Below the pieces are notes generated by a model. The model was not told where the DNA came from. It saw only the letters and a list, made by a program, of their open reading frames with translations, and made no database searches. Position numbers and translations under genes: made by a program. Below, in pieces: positions 1 through 12,490 of a stretch of DNA of 63,735 nucleotides. The DNA lies in contig NC_057758.1 in assembly GCF_004010195.1 (NCBI RefSeq), positions 6,069,352 to 6,133,086 of the forward strand, given 5' to 3'. Within the stretch, counting starts at the first letter, position 1. Each line of letters opens with the position of its first letter. This DNA is from Chiloscyllium plagiosum. Lineage: Eukaryota.

Positions 1-756
1 CTTTAATTTCAGTTACATTTCATCTTAGTTTGTGAAATGACTTTATAATGAACACAACGTGGATCCAATCTTCAGCGTTGACTATTAACTACAGAATAGC
101 GTCTCATTTGGTATAAAGTGCCTCCCTGTTACAGTCAGCTCATCGTGACTCTGAAGGACACTATAGTGAAAGATGAAATCACTGGTTTTGCTGCAAATCG
201 TTCTGGTGCTTGTCGAGCCAATCATTGCGGATGGACAACCAAGACCCAGGCTTTTGTTTACTGGTTAGTGTATTTATTTGAAAACGGGCTAGAACTCCAC
301 CAGCCCCTCAAACGTGTGCTGTTTTGCAATTGAATTTTGACTGATTGTTTGCCTTATTTCAATCAAGCCGAATTCCCATCCCCACTTGCACTGAATGAAA
401 AGTTATCATCCCATTTTGGAAAATTTTGGAGGCAATTTAAATTTAATTTGCTGATTATCGACCCTCAAAAACTATTCACGAATAAACTGTTCTCAGCAGC
501 TTCGTTTCCATGTTGTGACGGGAGACGTTTAAAAATCTCTCTTTGACCCGCCGCTCCCGAACTCTGCAATATCCCCTAATCCCGATATCGCTTCTTGATG
601 CCCAGACCACTCTAATTCTCGTAAAGTCTAAGAGATTAGGCAGTGACTCGTTGTTTGCATTTTGTTCAGCTGCCTTCGCCCCGGGTTGTGGAATGGACTC
701 CGTACAAACACGATATATTCTCGAAAACAGTACTTAAAACAAAACAATTGACAAAT

Positions 757-1058
757 GGGCAGCACGGTGGTTCAGTGGTTCGCACTGAGGCCTCAAAGCA
801 TCAGGGTCCCTGTTCGATTCCAGCCTCTGGCTACTGTCTGTGTGGAGTTTGCATATTCTCCCCGTGTCTGCGTGGGCTCCCTCTGGCTGGTCCGATTTTT
901 CTCCCACAGTTCAAAGATGTGTAGGTCAGTTGGATTGGCCATGCTAGTGCTAGGTGCATTAATCAGGTGAAACTGTGTCTGGGTAGGTTACTCTTCGGCG
1001 GGTCGATGTGGACTTGTTGGGCCGAAGGGCATGTTTCCACACTGTAGGGAATCTAATC
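757..1058 (+). mobile_element. HE1-type tRNA-derived SINE
   Basis: A-box TGGTTCAGTGG, B-box GTTCGATTC, central GTGTGGAGTTTGCATATTCTCCCCGTG, 3' CR1-like GGGCCGAAGGGC...CACACTGTAGGGAATCT. Confidence 0.9.
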
Positions 1059-1776
1059 GAAAAGTGCTTGGTAACCTGCTCATGTGTATCTCCTTCTGTA
1101 TTGTTTTCTTCCTGTTTGAAAGAAAACACTGTTCACAGAGTTATTTTACGCATCCATTGATTAAGTAACACTGGGAGCACTTCGTGCAGTTCTGTTCCCT
1201 CTGTCCCTTGGTAAGATGCTACTTGGAACAATTAAGGAATGGCCTTGATCTCCCTGGGTAAGACAACACAAGACCCCTGTGAAGCTTCATATTCTTCTTA
1301 TCTCTCGGTTTTACCTTACTTCGTCCACACTGGGATAGGACCTTGTCTCCATAGCGCTTAGTTACTTTCCACCTTGTTCACTGTAGATAGAGATGGTTCA
1401 ATCTGCCTTTGTATGACCACACTGTACATGGGTCTAGACTCCACATCTCTCGGTTCAGAAACAGTTGCAGGGCAGTGCACAGTCCTCTGCCAGTGACTAC
1501 AATGGGAGCAAGTGGACATTTCTAGTCTCTATAACCCTTCATAACACAGCACTGAGAGCATTGGTTGCAGTATCAAATTTACACTCCTTGATAAGGCCAC
1601 ACTGAGAATACTGTGCAAAGCTCAGGTGTCCACCTCCTCGATTCAATCACTCTAGCTTCACTAGATGAAGTACTGGATGTCATTATACTTGATTTAGTGA
1701 CACACTGAGTGTTAATTGTTTTGCAGTGGACATCACTGTACTATCCCTTTCTCTTTAATAGGTTTCTTCAAAGCTT

Positions 1777-2276
1777 NNNNNNNNNNNNNNNNNNNNNNNN
1801 NNNNNNNNNNNNNNNNNNNNNNNNNNNNNNNNNNNNNNNNNNNNNNNNNNNNNNNNNNNNNNNNNNNNNNNNNNNNNNNNNNNNNNNNNNNNNNNNNNNN
1901 NNNNNNNNNNNNNNNNNNNNNNNNNNNNNNNNNNNNNNNNNNNNNNNNNNNNNNNNNNNNNNNNNNNNNNNNNNNNNNNNNNNNNNNNNNNNNNNNNNNN
2001 NNNNNNNNNNNNNNNNNNNNNNNNNNNNNNNNNNNNNNNNNNNNNNNNNNNNNNNNNNNNNNNNNNNNNNNNNNNNNNNNNNNNNNNNNNNNNNNNNNNN
2101 NNNNNNNNNNNNNNNNNNNNNNNNNNNNNNNNNNNNNNNNNNNNNNNNNNNNNNNNNNNNNNNNNNNNNNNNNNNNNNNNNNNNNNNNNNNNNNNNNNNN
2201 NNNNNNNNNNNNNNNNNNNNNNNNNNNNNNNNNNNNNNNNNNNNNNNNNNNNNNNNNNNNNNNNNNNNNNNNNNNN
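1777..2276. other. Assembly gap (500 N)
   Basis: Exactly 500 N, preceded immediately by AAGCTT. Confidence 1.
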
Positions 2277-2848
2277 TATCATCCATTGCATTCCTGAGTG
2301 CATCAGCTCCGTCTGTTTCAAGCAAATATTTAGACGGTGAACTTGACAGCCTACATTCTCGCTGTTTCCTTCTCTTATAAATAATTCTATAATTGTGCAC
2401 TCTCGTTAATTTATTTTTTCTATAATATTGCCATCGTTGAGTCTCGAACAATCAATATCAAGGTACTTATCATTGCCCAGCATTTTAAATAGACTTATGA
2501 CCATCCTTAAAAGGAACAGATGAGATGTCAGGGCGACTGTGGCTGATAACTCAGCCCCACTCTCCACCATCTTTAAGCCAACGTCCGAAATAATGAAATA
2601 CTCTCAAATTTGTTTGGATAAAAGCAGCTCAGGTATTACTTGAGGTCTCAACAGATGTAGCAAAAGTCAACTGGTGAAATTGATGGCAAGTTCAGTTGGA
2701 GAAGAAGAGCCAGATTCTGACGAGATTTAAATAAACTTAAATAGTTTCAAAAAAAACAGCTGCTGATAGAGAACCAATGTATTCCAAGTACTTCTCACGT
2801 AGGCGACTTCTACTGCTTTCCAAATATACACAAAAGCAATATAAAAAG

Positions 2849-4661
2849 ACGTCCCATCGTTTCAGGCAATGGCACCCTGTGTGAGAATATACTCCGGCTA
2901 TATTGAAGGCATCTTGAAACCCCTTGTACAGGGGATCCCCAGCTTCTGTGGAGATACTTTGGATTTCTTACAAAACCTAGCACCCACGGACCAGTCGAGC
3001 CAGGAACATTCCTCGGAGCAATAGACGTTTCAGCACTCTACACCAGCATCCCCTACAATTACATCATTGTGGAAACAGCCTCTGTACTCAATAGCAACAA
3101 CTGCCAATCTCCCAGCACCGACCTACATCTCATCCGCTTTATCCTCGACCACACGTCTTCATCTTTGACAACTAGTTCTTTCTCCAGACACATGGAACTG
3201 CCATGAGGAATGGATTTGCATTCCAGTATGCAAACACCTTCATGCACAGGTTCGTACAAGACTTCTTTTCTACTCAGGCGATCCAACCAACAATATACAC
3301 CATGTACATTGACGACAAATCATTCCTCTGGACCTATGGGGAGGAGTCTTTGCAAAAACTACACAATGATGTCCGCAAGCTTCATCCCACCATCAAACTC
3401 ACCATGGACTTCTCTCTTTTATCTCTCTCATTCTTGGACACATGAATCTCAATCTAGGTTGGACACCTCAGCACCACACTCTACCTCAAACCCACAGACA
3501 AACTCATTAAGCTGCACTTTTCCAGCTTCCACCCAAAACATCTTAAAACAGCCATCCACGATGGGAAAGCACTGCATATACACCGGATCTGTTCAGATGA
3601 GTTGTAACGTATGGGCATCTGGAAATACTCAGGAATGCACTCATAATAACGGGGTATAATGCTCAACTAGTCGACCACCAGTTCCGACGTGCCATAGCAA
3701 GGAACCATAATGACCTCCTCAGGAGACTGACACGTGCTGCAATTGATAGGATACCATCGCTGTCCAGTACTTCTCAGGAACCGAGAAACTACGCCATGTT
3801 CTTCGCGACCCACAACACATTATCAATGAGGATGAGCACCTCGCCAAGACCTTTCCCACAGCTCCACTGCTCGCCTTTAAAGAGCCGCCAAACCTCAAAC
3901 AGATCACCGCCCGGTGTGCAGGGAAACTCGATACAACCTTGCCAAAGTAGGCGCTGCAAGACGTGTCAGAGTGTGGACATACATACCATCATTAGACGTG
4001 GGAACACATCCCACATCCCACCATTACGTGGCAGGTACGTTTGCGATTCAGCCAACGTTGTCTACCTCATACGGTGCAGGCAAGGATGCCCTGGGGCATG
4101 AAACATTGATGAAACCGAGCAAAGCCTCCGGCAATGTATGAATGGGCACCACACAACAATCAACAGACAGGAGTGTTCTCTTCCAGTTGGAGAACACTTC
4201 AGCATTCCAGGACATTCGACCTCGGACCTTCGGGTGCCCATCCTCCAACGCGGACTTCGGCACAGGCAGCATCAAAACGTGGCGGAGCACAGGCTGATAG
4301 CTAAGATCGGTACCCATAGGGAGGACCTCAACCGGGACCTTGGGTTCACATCACACTACAGGTGACCACCATTGCAGTATACACACAAAGTCACTCCTAT
4401 ACACAGTCACGCACACAGATACTTACACACAGTCCTACAGGTACATACTCCCACACTCACACATTTCATCCTCTCACAGACTTGGACCACTTTACACTCA
4501 CACACTCACACACATGCACGCTCTCTCACAGGCACTCACAAACACCCACCACAGACACACACACAGACACTCCTATGCACACTTATGTACACAGATCACA
4601 CACATATATACACACTCTCTCACAGCCACTCACAAACACCCACCCCAGACACACACACACA

Positions 4662-4706
<45 letters not shown>

Positions 4707-5242
4707 AAAAGCGACATGCACACATACACAGAAACGTATGTGGGATAAATTTGTACTTGCAGAGTAACATCCTAACTTGCTCAAAAACTGCATGAATCCA
4801 TGGAAGAATCTGTTAACTCACTTGTTAAATTAGAATCAGTTTAAACATTATGGTACAGACAGGGAATTTAGGCTGCTAACACCTTCAATATCTCAACATC
4901 TTATCTGCGCTGACACCAATTGTTTCAGTTAACCTGAGAATGTAACTTTTAAAAAAAGCTTTTTGATTTATATATGAAAGAAGTGAAACTATCATGGTCA
5001 TTCTAACAGATGAGAGACTCTGCAAACAATCAAGGTAGCATTCAAAGTATAATTTCAGTTACACCACACTGTAAACTTTTGATATAAATTCTGTGTCTTA
5101 CAATTGTGTACTCCACAAACACTTGGTGAAAGCGTGGCGCTCCGAAAGCTATTGCTTCCAATTAAAATTGTCGGACTAAAACCTGGTGTTTGGTTTTTAA
5201 CTTTGTACACCCTCGGCCAACACCAGCATCTCCAAATAATGG
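2849..5242 (+). mobile_element. 5'-truncated Penelope-like retroelement (Neptune-type), decayed RT plus GIY-YIG
   Basis: RPIVSGNGTLCEN, DVSALYTSIP, YIDD (~3305), Cys linker CQSRRCKTC, GIY-YIG-like CDSANVVYLIRCRQGC..MNGH..PVGEHF; CA-rich 3' region; degenerate hammerhead near 5120-5155. Confidence 0.92.
4380..4730 (+). repeat. (CA)n-rich tract inside the Penelope 3' region
   Basis: Degenerate to pure CA repeats. Confidence 0.9.
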
Positions 5243-7619
5243 CTGACAGAGCAACTAGTTATCTTTCGCCGGAAACCTGCCTCGTGTATATGGGCCTAAA
5301 TATTCTCTTGAAGCAGCTTTTATTACAAAGGAAGAAAACTCATCCAGGGACAGATACATTGCAAATCTACACAAGGAATTAACTTATAAAACACAAGGTC
5401 AGTAAAGGAGCGTATGTTCAGTCTGTTGGAACTTTTCCAAATTGATTTAACGATTGCATAATAATATTTGGGAATTGTTTTGAAGTCGGAATTGTGTACA
5501 ATCGGGAAGCATGTGATTCAACTTCGTCTTTCCCGTAAAAGATAACATGTTCAGATTGGAGCTCAGACGTTCTAATATTTCAACATTTTGCATTTCCCTA
5601 ATATTCTTATTTTATTATATTCTATAGCCCTCTAAAAGTTTTTGTAACTGTGAACTGACTGCGCTAGCACTAAGTTGTGATTGTGAATTAGATTGTCTCA
5701 TGTAATATCAGTCATGTTCAAAAAAATCCGTCAGAAATGCTGTTACATCTTTGTAAAAACCTGGTGGACTAAATTTACAACCGTTTAACGAGGCGAAAAG
5801 TCCTTTACTCTTTCTTGAAATTTCTGCTGCTTCACTCTGATATTTTCAGCAATAGAATAGATTTATCCACACAAACTAAGCTCAAACTGGCTTGTTTCTA
5901 TTATACTGAAATCAAACGTAAACTTGAACAACTCTGTCGGAGTCCTTAATTCCGGCCAGTAAATGTCCTCGCCGTCCTTAACAATGAATATTGCAATGTA
6001 CTGAAGTGCATGCACACATTAATTGATGTCGCAAATCGGGCCCATTTGGGAAAGACAGGGATGGACGCAAGGTCTGGAGACACTTTGTTCAATCAAGCAC
6101 AAGTTGTAATATCGTTTAATAATGTTTTCCCTTCGATGTCTGAACGTTTTAACCATCGGAAAGTAGAGATTCTGACTTTAATTCAACGGATTTTGTTTGG
6201 CATTTGTGCAAATTGCCTTGTGTGTTGATAAGTGCAGCAGATTGTGTCCATTTCTGTCAATCTCAGATTGTGCAAGCGAATATAGAGTTCCTTCTGCATT
6301 ATCCAGCGTCTGCTTCTGTACTTGACTAATAATTCTCCCCGCCTTTCACTGTCAGATTCATCAATGTCTTGGAGTGTGGGATTCTGTTTCTGTACATGCA
6401 CTGATAGCGGGATTCGTTATGTCTCTGAATCTTACCGGTTGTCAGTGTGAATGATAGAGTTTATTTCAAAGTCTCTGGTATTGTACACGAGGTTGAGATT
6501 AACTCAGCACTCAGGTCCCTGGTATTCTTTGCACGCCTGATGGATAATGGCCAATTATTTATTTTTTTTAGGATGGGAGTTAGAAATGAAAGAAATGACG
6601 AAACATGATTTGGGTCTGTAAGTGACAGGATAATGAATGGTTACCATCTAAAAGTAAACAAAAAGAAATAAAATGGAAGCAGACATTATAATTGGTTTAC
6701 TCTGTCATGTCCCTGGCACTGTTTGCAAGATACTCCATAACGGTCAGATTATGCATGAATTCTGCCCGATATCTCAATATTAACTCGAAATAGCGGTGAC
6801 TCTCGGTTCAATACGATCTTGATCCAGCAAATGGTCGTAAATTCAAGTGATCAGTTCATTGGATTTACAGAAATTCCGATTCAGGCAAATGTGAAAACGC
6901 TGACGGAGATGTCCTCTGGAGTTTGAAGCGGCTATTGTTTTGGGTTAAAATCTCTGATTCAAACAGAAACTTGCCGTGTCTGTCGACAGTGGGGAATCGT
7001 GGGCATGACCAGTCTCCTCAACCCGACAGATTTCCAGATCAAACTTTAATTCCAATGTTGTGTTTTCATTGTTTCAATGAAATCATTTCACTTGCCTGTC
7101 CAGGGAATTGAATCTTAGATGACCACCTCCGAGACCAGGTTCCTCACCACTCTGGGAACGAGAAGCATTCTTTTCAAGTCTGGCACAAAGGTCACATTTC
7201 TAATCGCCTACTTGGAAATTAAAGTGTGGTCCAGTCTCTTCAGGAATATAAAACGACCTGTGGGACTGAGGGGCTGGGGACACACTTCAGTTCTCTCGGA
7301 ATGAGTCTGGCAGGCTGGCAGGGAACCGTACTCTGTGTTCAGTGATTTCACTTCAATTCCTGTCTGCAATTTATCAGGCTTACTAAGCCAAGACTGACAA
7401 GTCTTTCGAATTGCAGAAACACTCTCGAGTTTTAATTTACTCCGATCTACATCACACGATATTACTTTATCAGCTTGTGTGTGGGGGCATGGGCAGGTCT
7501 GACTGTCTGTGTGGTATTTAATGCGATGATATGCCTCTTTTTGGGGGTTTCTAAAACGACAGCAGAGCTGGCAGCATATTCCTTCAAAAAACATAAGGGA
7601 TTTCGTCAGGAACGCATGT

Positions 7620-7790
7620 ACACAAACATAAACATCACAATTATGCACACACACACCACAAACACTGATGCACAGAGAAAGACAAACACTCACACAATTA
7701 CACACACAGGCCACGCACACACAGACACAGACCTGCACACACACAGAGACACAGACACAGACACACGCAGACACACACACACACACACAA
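7620..7790 (+). repeat. CA/CAGACA microsatellite
   Basis: Seen directly. Confidence 0.9.
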
Positions 7791-8619
7791 GAAGTAAGGT
7801 GTCAGGTCGGAGACACCGTAGTCTGCAACATGCCCATGAGCTGAAGTGCTTATACTCCTTCTGCAATAAGTAAACAATAATGTAAGTACTGCTTTTGCTA
7901 CTAAAATTCCTGTTACGTGTCGACCTATCACTCGCTGATGCAACAATGAACTCGAGATCAACAATCAGTTCAAATATCTCTCCGAAAACTATCTGTCGAA
8001 CCATTCCGATGATCGGAACGAGACCATTCAGACATTTAAGTCCGTGCTTCTGCGAATTTAAACCTTAGTTGCTTTATGTCTTCATTCTGTTGTTTGTCAT
8101 CCGACGAATATCCTGGTCAGGATGAGTGGAAAATGGTAGAAGAACTGCTCTTCGTCTTTGCTTCCTTGTTGCAAAATGAACAATGAGTACACGTTCTGTA
8201 CTTCGACGTCCAGTTATTGAAGGGAATTCATCATACATGAGAGGAATTTCAGAGAATATATACAGGAGTGAGGTTGCCAGATAATTCTCAGCATGTTATT
8301 TCACTGCAGTTAATGAATTAAAGTGATGGCAATTTGACAATCGTAATTTCAGAATGCACGTTTTTCCGCACAGATAGGAGTAACATTCAGGATCATGTTC
8401 GCGGTCAACTCATTCTTTATAACGTTCCTCATGTGTCTCTGGTTTGATGGTGACTGGTGACAGGACAGGTCAACGTCAGAGCGCGAAGTGCAGCATGGAC
8501 CTTTGATCTTGGGACCATTTTCGGTCAAAATGCAACAAGATGCAGAGAAGACACTCTTGTGCTGACGATGAGCGAAGGTAATCAATGACACACAGTTATC
8601 AGTAAAATCCGAATTCAAA

Positions 8620-9300
8620 CTGAACGAAACAAGCCACTTCCTGCCGTATAACCATCTTGATGGTCAATGATGTTCCCATTGCTGAATGCTGCCCTATTAA
8701 CATCCTGTGGGCATTCATTCATCTGAATATGAATAACATTGTTCATGCTGGTGCAACATCAGGAGGTCAGACCCTGTGAATTCTATTCCATCGACATTGA
8801 CTCTCCCAGGAGACTTTCGGCCGTTTGAATAAAAATGCAGCGACAACATTGACTCACTTCACTTCCATCAAACAGCATCACGTACGATACACACTGCTGC
8901 TACTCTCAAAGGCTCCATTGGCAACATTTTCTAAAGCCAATATTTATGCAAACGAGAAAAACTGAGACAGTAGATGCAGTCATATCGTGAAGCTCACCTC
9001 CATCCACAATACCTCAAGTGTTCGGACTACATCACTATTATTGCATATTGATGGGACAAAACTCTGGAAGTTGCTTCCTGACATCACTCACGCATGTGCT
9101 TGCCATAACATGAACAGCAGTGCCTCAGTGAGGGACCTCATCACCACCGTCAAAGTGGCATTTCTTGTGAGCAGTACACATTACATTGAGCAAACCATCC
9201 TAAGTAGTAATGAACGAACATGCAGAGAGACAAGCACAATGGAGAGGAACACTTGGACACATGCTGCGACCTTCTAAGCTGTGACCTACTACAGTGGATA
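8620..9300 (+). mobile_element. Old CR1/L2-group LINE 3' fragment (second family)
   Basis: Degenerate RT C-terminal sequence resembling 40390-40900 and the 3' part of 21320-23620. Confidence 0.6.
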
Positions 9301-9830
9301 CTTCACACAGAAATAAGTGCAGAGCGATGGAATATGCACCCAGTGATTGGAAGGGGAATTGTTTCCTGTTGTGATAAAATGAGATGAAACACATGAGGCA
9401 CTTCGAGTTTCGATCACACTAAATATATTGGCTTTATCACTGTTTAATGAACTTAACTATTTGATGAAAAGGATAGTTCAGCACGCTTTCCACTGATGTC
9501 TGAGCTTAGTCTGGGTTATGGCATTAATACAAGAAGGTGTGCAGTAATTAAACAACTACATCATGAAACTTATTTTCTTATTAATGTCAGGTATCCATTG
9601 GGGATGCAGCCGGAAAAGAATATGCAAAGCCACATCGAATAACTCATTGATATTGTTGATATTAAGACAACATTCCATCAGACAACAATTAATACCACGA
9701 TTTATTTCCTTTGATTATAATGCTCATTTCGATCTGCCCATATCACAAAGTCAACATCACAGTAGATTGGAGAAAATTGTTCTGAGATTCCAAAGATATT
9801 CCGTGAACCATGAAGTACGAAAGACTGCCA

Positions 9831-10591
9831 TGTTGCAAGATGGCGGCAGGGCAGGAACTATCAACTGGCACTCGTCTCCTTCATTTGCTGTACTTATTTG
9901 CCGGTACCTCTTCTCTTTCTCATTCACCTTTTTACCTTTTCCATCTCCTTCTTGTTATTTTTACCAGTTAATTCCTGTCCTCCTCGGACGACTCCAGCCT
10001 CTGGCGAGTTCTGGTGAGGAGTGACATTCCTTGACCCTTGTTGAGCAACTCTCCTCAGCTTGTGGCGTCTGACGATTCATCGCTGCTGAAGGCGATCACA
10101 TATCTCTGACAACCCCTCCAGTGATGACTCACAGGCGAGCGCAATAGTCTCTCTTCCTGCGTGGCGTAGCAATATTGCGGCCTCCAGCATCAGCCTTTTG
10201 CAAAGTGTCCCCCACGTGTGGTGATATCCTGGAGTGGCTTAGCGACCTCCCGAACTGACCCAACAGCTTCCTACAGCGGTCTTCCAGTGTGCGTGACGAC
10301 CTTTACCCTCCTTCAGCGTCTTCCTAGTCTGGGATTTCAGTGGTGTATGTGGAGCCAGGACCCAGTTGTGACTGGAAGCTAAGTGCCACCGTGTTCGACT
10401 CTACTGAACTATTTTCTGAAATGCTCGCTATTTCATTTCTCTATTGTCTTAATCTAGTAACGAAAGAGGCTGTGGTGTTTGACTATTGCATTAATGTCGG
10501 TTCTGTAATTAGCGGCAAATACAATTTCCATTATATTCATTGAGTTATTGTGACATAAAAGGCTGTTCTCCTCCATTCCATTCTATTCTTT
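9831..10591 (+). mobile_element. Non-autonomous retroposon-like element with YY1-motif head and LINE-like tail
   Basis: Starts CAAGATGGCGGC (9836-9847); GC-richer body; ends TGTGACATAAAA plus (CCATT/CTATT)n at 10549-10591. Confidence 0.5.
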
Positions 10592-10797
10592 TCCAATTTT
10601 GCAAGCTGTGCAATTCAAATGATTGTATGCATTCTCCAAAATAAAATTCTCTGTTTATGCATTGACGAAGGGAGGTAAGCAGTGGGTGTCACTGGACAGA
10701 CAGCTGATGTTATTTTGGAGAAAACAGGAATTCCTTAACTTTTCAACTTGCAAAATTGGAGTAGAATAGAAGAGGAACAGAGAGACGAAGTGAAATG

Positions 10798-10813
10798 GAC
10801 ACACACACACACA

Positions 10814-10865
<52 letters not shown>
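10798..10865 (+). repeat. (CA)n microsatellite
   Basis: Seen directly. Confidence 0.95.
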
Positions 10866-10867
<2 letters not shown>

Positions 10868-11385
10868 CGATCCTTTCAAGTAATTTGTTCCAAGTTTGTC
10901 CCAGTGCAGGCAGAGCTAGTCATACAGCAATATTCCAACAAAAACGGAGACACAGAATTGACCACATACAGAAACAGAGACATAGATAAACAGAGATGTG
11001 CAGACACATATGTAAATGCACACAGTAATAGAAATAGAAACATTCACAGACACCCGCATATGAGGACAAAAAGACAGATACTCAATGTTTCCTCCGCCTT
11101 TTGTCAGGCAAGAAGTCGATCATTTCAATAAAATGAAGTATTTTGGCGCATGAAACTCGTGCTAATTTGTACAATCGATCTGTGTAATAACTTGATGCTC
11201 AGAAAATCAGAAGCCTTTGATTCATTACGTTTTAACTGATTCATCCGAAACGTATGTCCCATTTATTGCAGACCTAATAATACAGAGATGCATTTAAATA
11301 AAGAGATACACACACACCGAAAAACACACCCATCCATCCACACACACTCACACTCTGCCACACACACACACTCGCATCCACACAT

Positions 11386-11386
<1 letters not shown>

Positions 11387-11416
<30 letters not shown>
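11387..11416 (+). repeat. (TA)n microsatellite following a CA-rich tract
   Basis: Seen directly. Confidence 0.95.
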
Positions 11417-11419
<3 letters not shown>

Positions 11420-11469
11420 ACTCACAAATATCAAATAGTGGAGCGGTTTTGCTTTGAAGAGATGATGTG

Positions 11470-11900
11470 TAAGCACAAGTGTACGGGCTTTCATGCATGA
11501 TGTACCGGAAAATGCTGGTTAAACAGTTCAGTGCAGTCACTGTTCCCAGAAATGCAGTCACCGGTTTTCTTTTTGTTATTTCTGCAATCCCTTTAGAGTG
11601 GAAACAGACCTACAAGTCCACACCGATCCTACGAAGAGTAATCTGTACTTAGGTTTCAGCGTCTGGCAACAAATGGCCACAAATCGATCAAAGGTGAAAG
11701 TGATGGTGAACCAGCAAAAACAGCAAGTCATTGCACAAAACAAGGATGTGTGGACATTTCACACAGGGGTGGACTCCACGATAAATCAATGTATTCTCAA
11801 AAATGTACCTAATCAATTGTTTGGGGGGCATTGTTCCAGGAAACGACTTACAGCCAAGTAGTGTAACATGTTATCCTTGATGTAAACAATTTCTTTGTTC
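11470..11900 (-). pseudogene. GPR139/GPR142-like class A GPCR pseudogene fragment (TM3-TM4)
   Basis: Minus frame STPV*NVHTSLFCAMTCCFCWFTITFTFDRFVAICCQTLKPKY (DRF at 11681-11689), then after a SINE scrap KPVTAFLGTVTALNCLTSIFRYIMHE. This matches the WFTVxFTFDRFVAICCQKLKTKYC..VLGTV signature of the shark-expanded GPR139-like family. In-frame stop; TM5-7 not found. Confidence 0.85.
11590..11643 (-). mobile_element. HE1 SINE 3' scrap inserted in the GPCR remnant
   Basis: GTGGAAACAG...CCACACCGA..CGAAGAGTAA matches 55140-55200. Confidence 0.7.
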
Positions 11901-12199
11901 CTGCATGAATGTAATGAACTAGCCTTAACCATAGACTATACTGAGTGCATACTTGATCATCTGATGTGACCTATCTTCACGAGTTGATCCTGCGATTAGA
12001 ATTTATTTGGCCCACTCTATTACACTTCAGAAACCAACCTGGAGAATGATATAACTGGTCTGTACTTGCATCGCGTCTCAGAAACATTTATTTGCAAGCT
12101 GCACACTGCAAGCATGTCAATCAACCTGGAAAACTACATCGTCACTCTGTCTCTTTAATAATTTTGTGTCATTTTTTTGGAACATGATTTTAAATGAAA

Positions 12200-12490
12200 G
12201 AGTGATTCAGTGGTTAGCTCACAGCAACAGCGTCCGAGGTTCGACCACACCATCAGACCTCTGCCCGTTTGGAGTTTGCATATTCTCTCTGTATCTGCTC
12301 TGGTTTTTATCCACAGTCCACAGATGTGCAGGTCCGGTGGATTTGCCATGGTTAACCTTTCTCACAGGGACTGGGGATGTGCAAGCTTGATGAATTACCT
12401 ATATACATGCGATGATAGGGTGAGGGGGTGTTTTGCTGTGCAGTGGTTTAATGCTGAATAGCCACTTTCGGTACTGTAGTGAATATCCAA
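12200..12490 (+). mobile_element. Degenerate HE1-type SINE
   Basis: TGATTCAGTGG, GGTTCGA, TGGAGTTTGCATATTCTC core. Confidence 0.8.

Larger units (their letters stand above)
72..7257 (-). pseudogene. Decayed Ig-superfamily receptor (copy 1): split V exons, TM exon broken by Penelope, Tyr-motif tail exons; model spans the assembly gap
   Basis: Minus-strand candidate exons: 7257-7096 (good acceptor; NVTF..; stops); 6536-6343 (SFTLTTGKIQRHNESRYQCMYRNRIPHSKTLMNLTVK, V-domain E-F-G strands with YxC at 6398-6406); TM pieces LVALSA 5258-5241 and LFILLLCIFGKQ*K 2848-2799 with donor gtgaga; tail exons 1496-1407 (PMYSVV), 1111-1076 and 160-72 (YSVVNSQR*). Several donors are GC, and there are stops and frameshifts. 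Confidence 0.45.

Noticed and set aside
757..830. tRNA gene candidates (also 12200 and 55370-55437)
   Set aside because: The A/B boxes are SINE heads continuing into SINE bodies.
1709..2451. Long ORFs of 188-227 aa
   Set aside because: They read through the N gap.
4340..4795. His/Thr-rich ORFs (also 7208-7873, 10655-11131, 25792-26057)
   Set aside because: Translations of CA/TG microsatellites.
7530..7580. Possible leader of copy 1 (MLPALLSF*) and of copy 3 (~40190-40225)
   Set aside because: Too short and degenerate to support.
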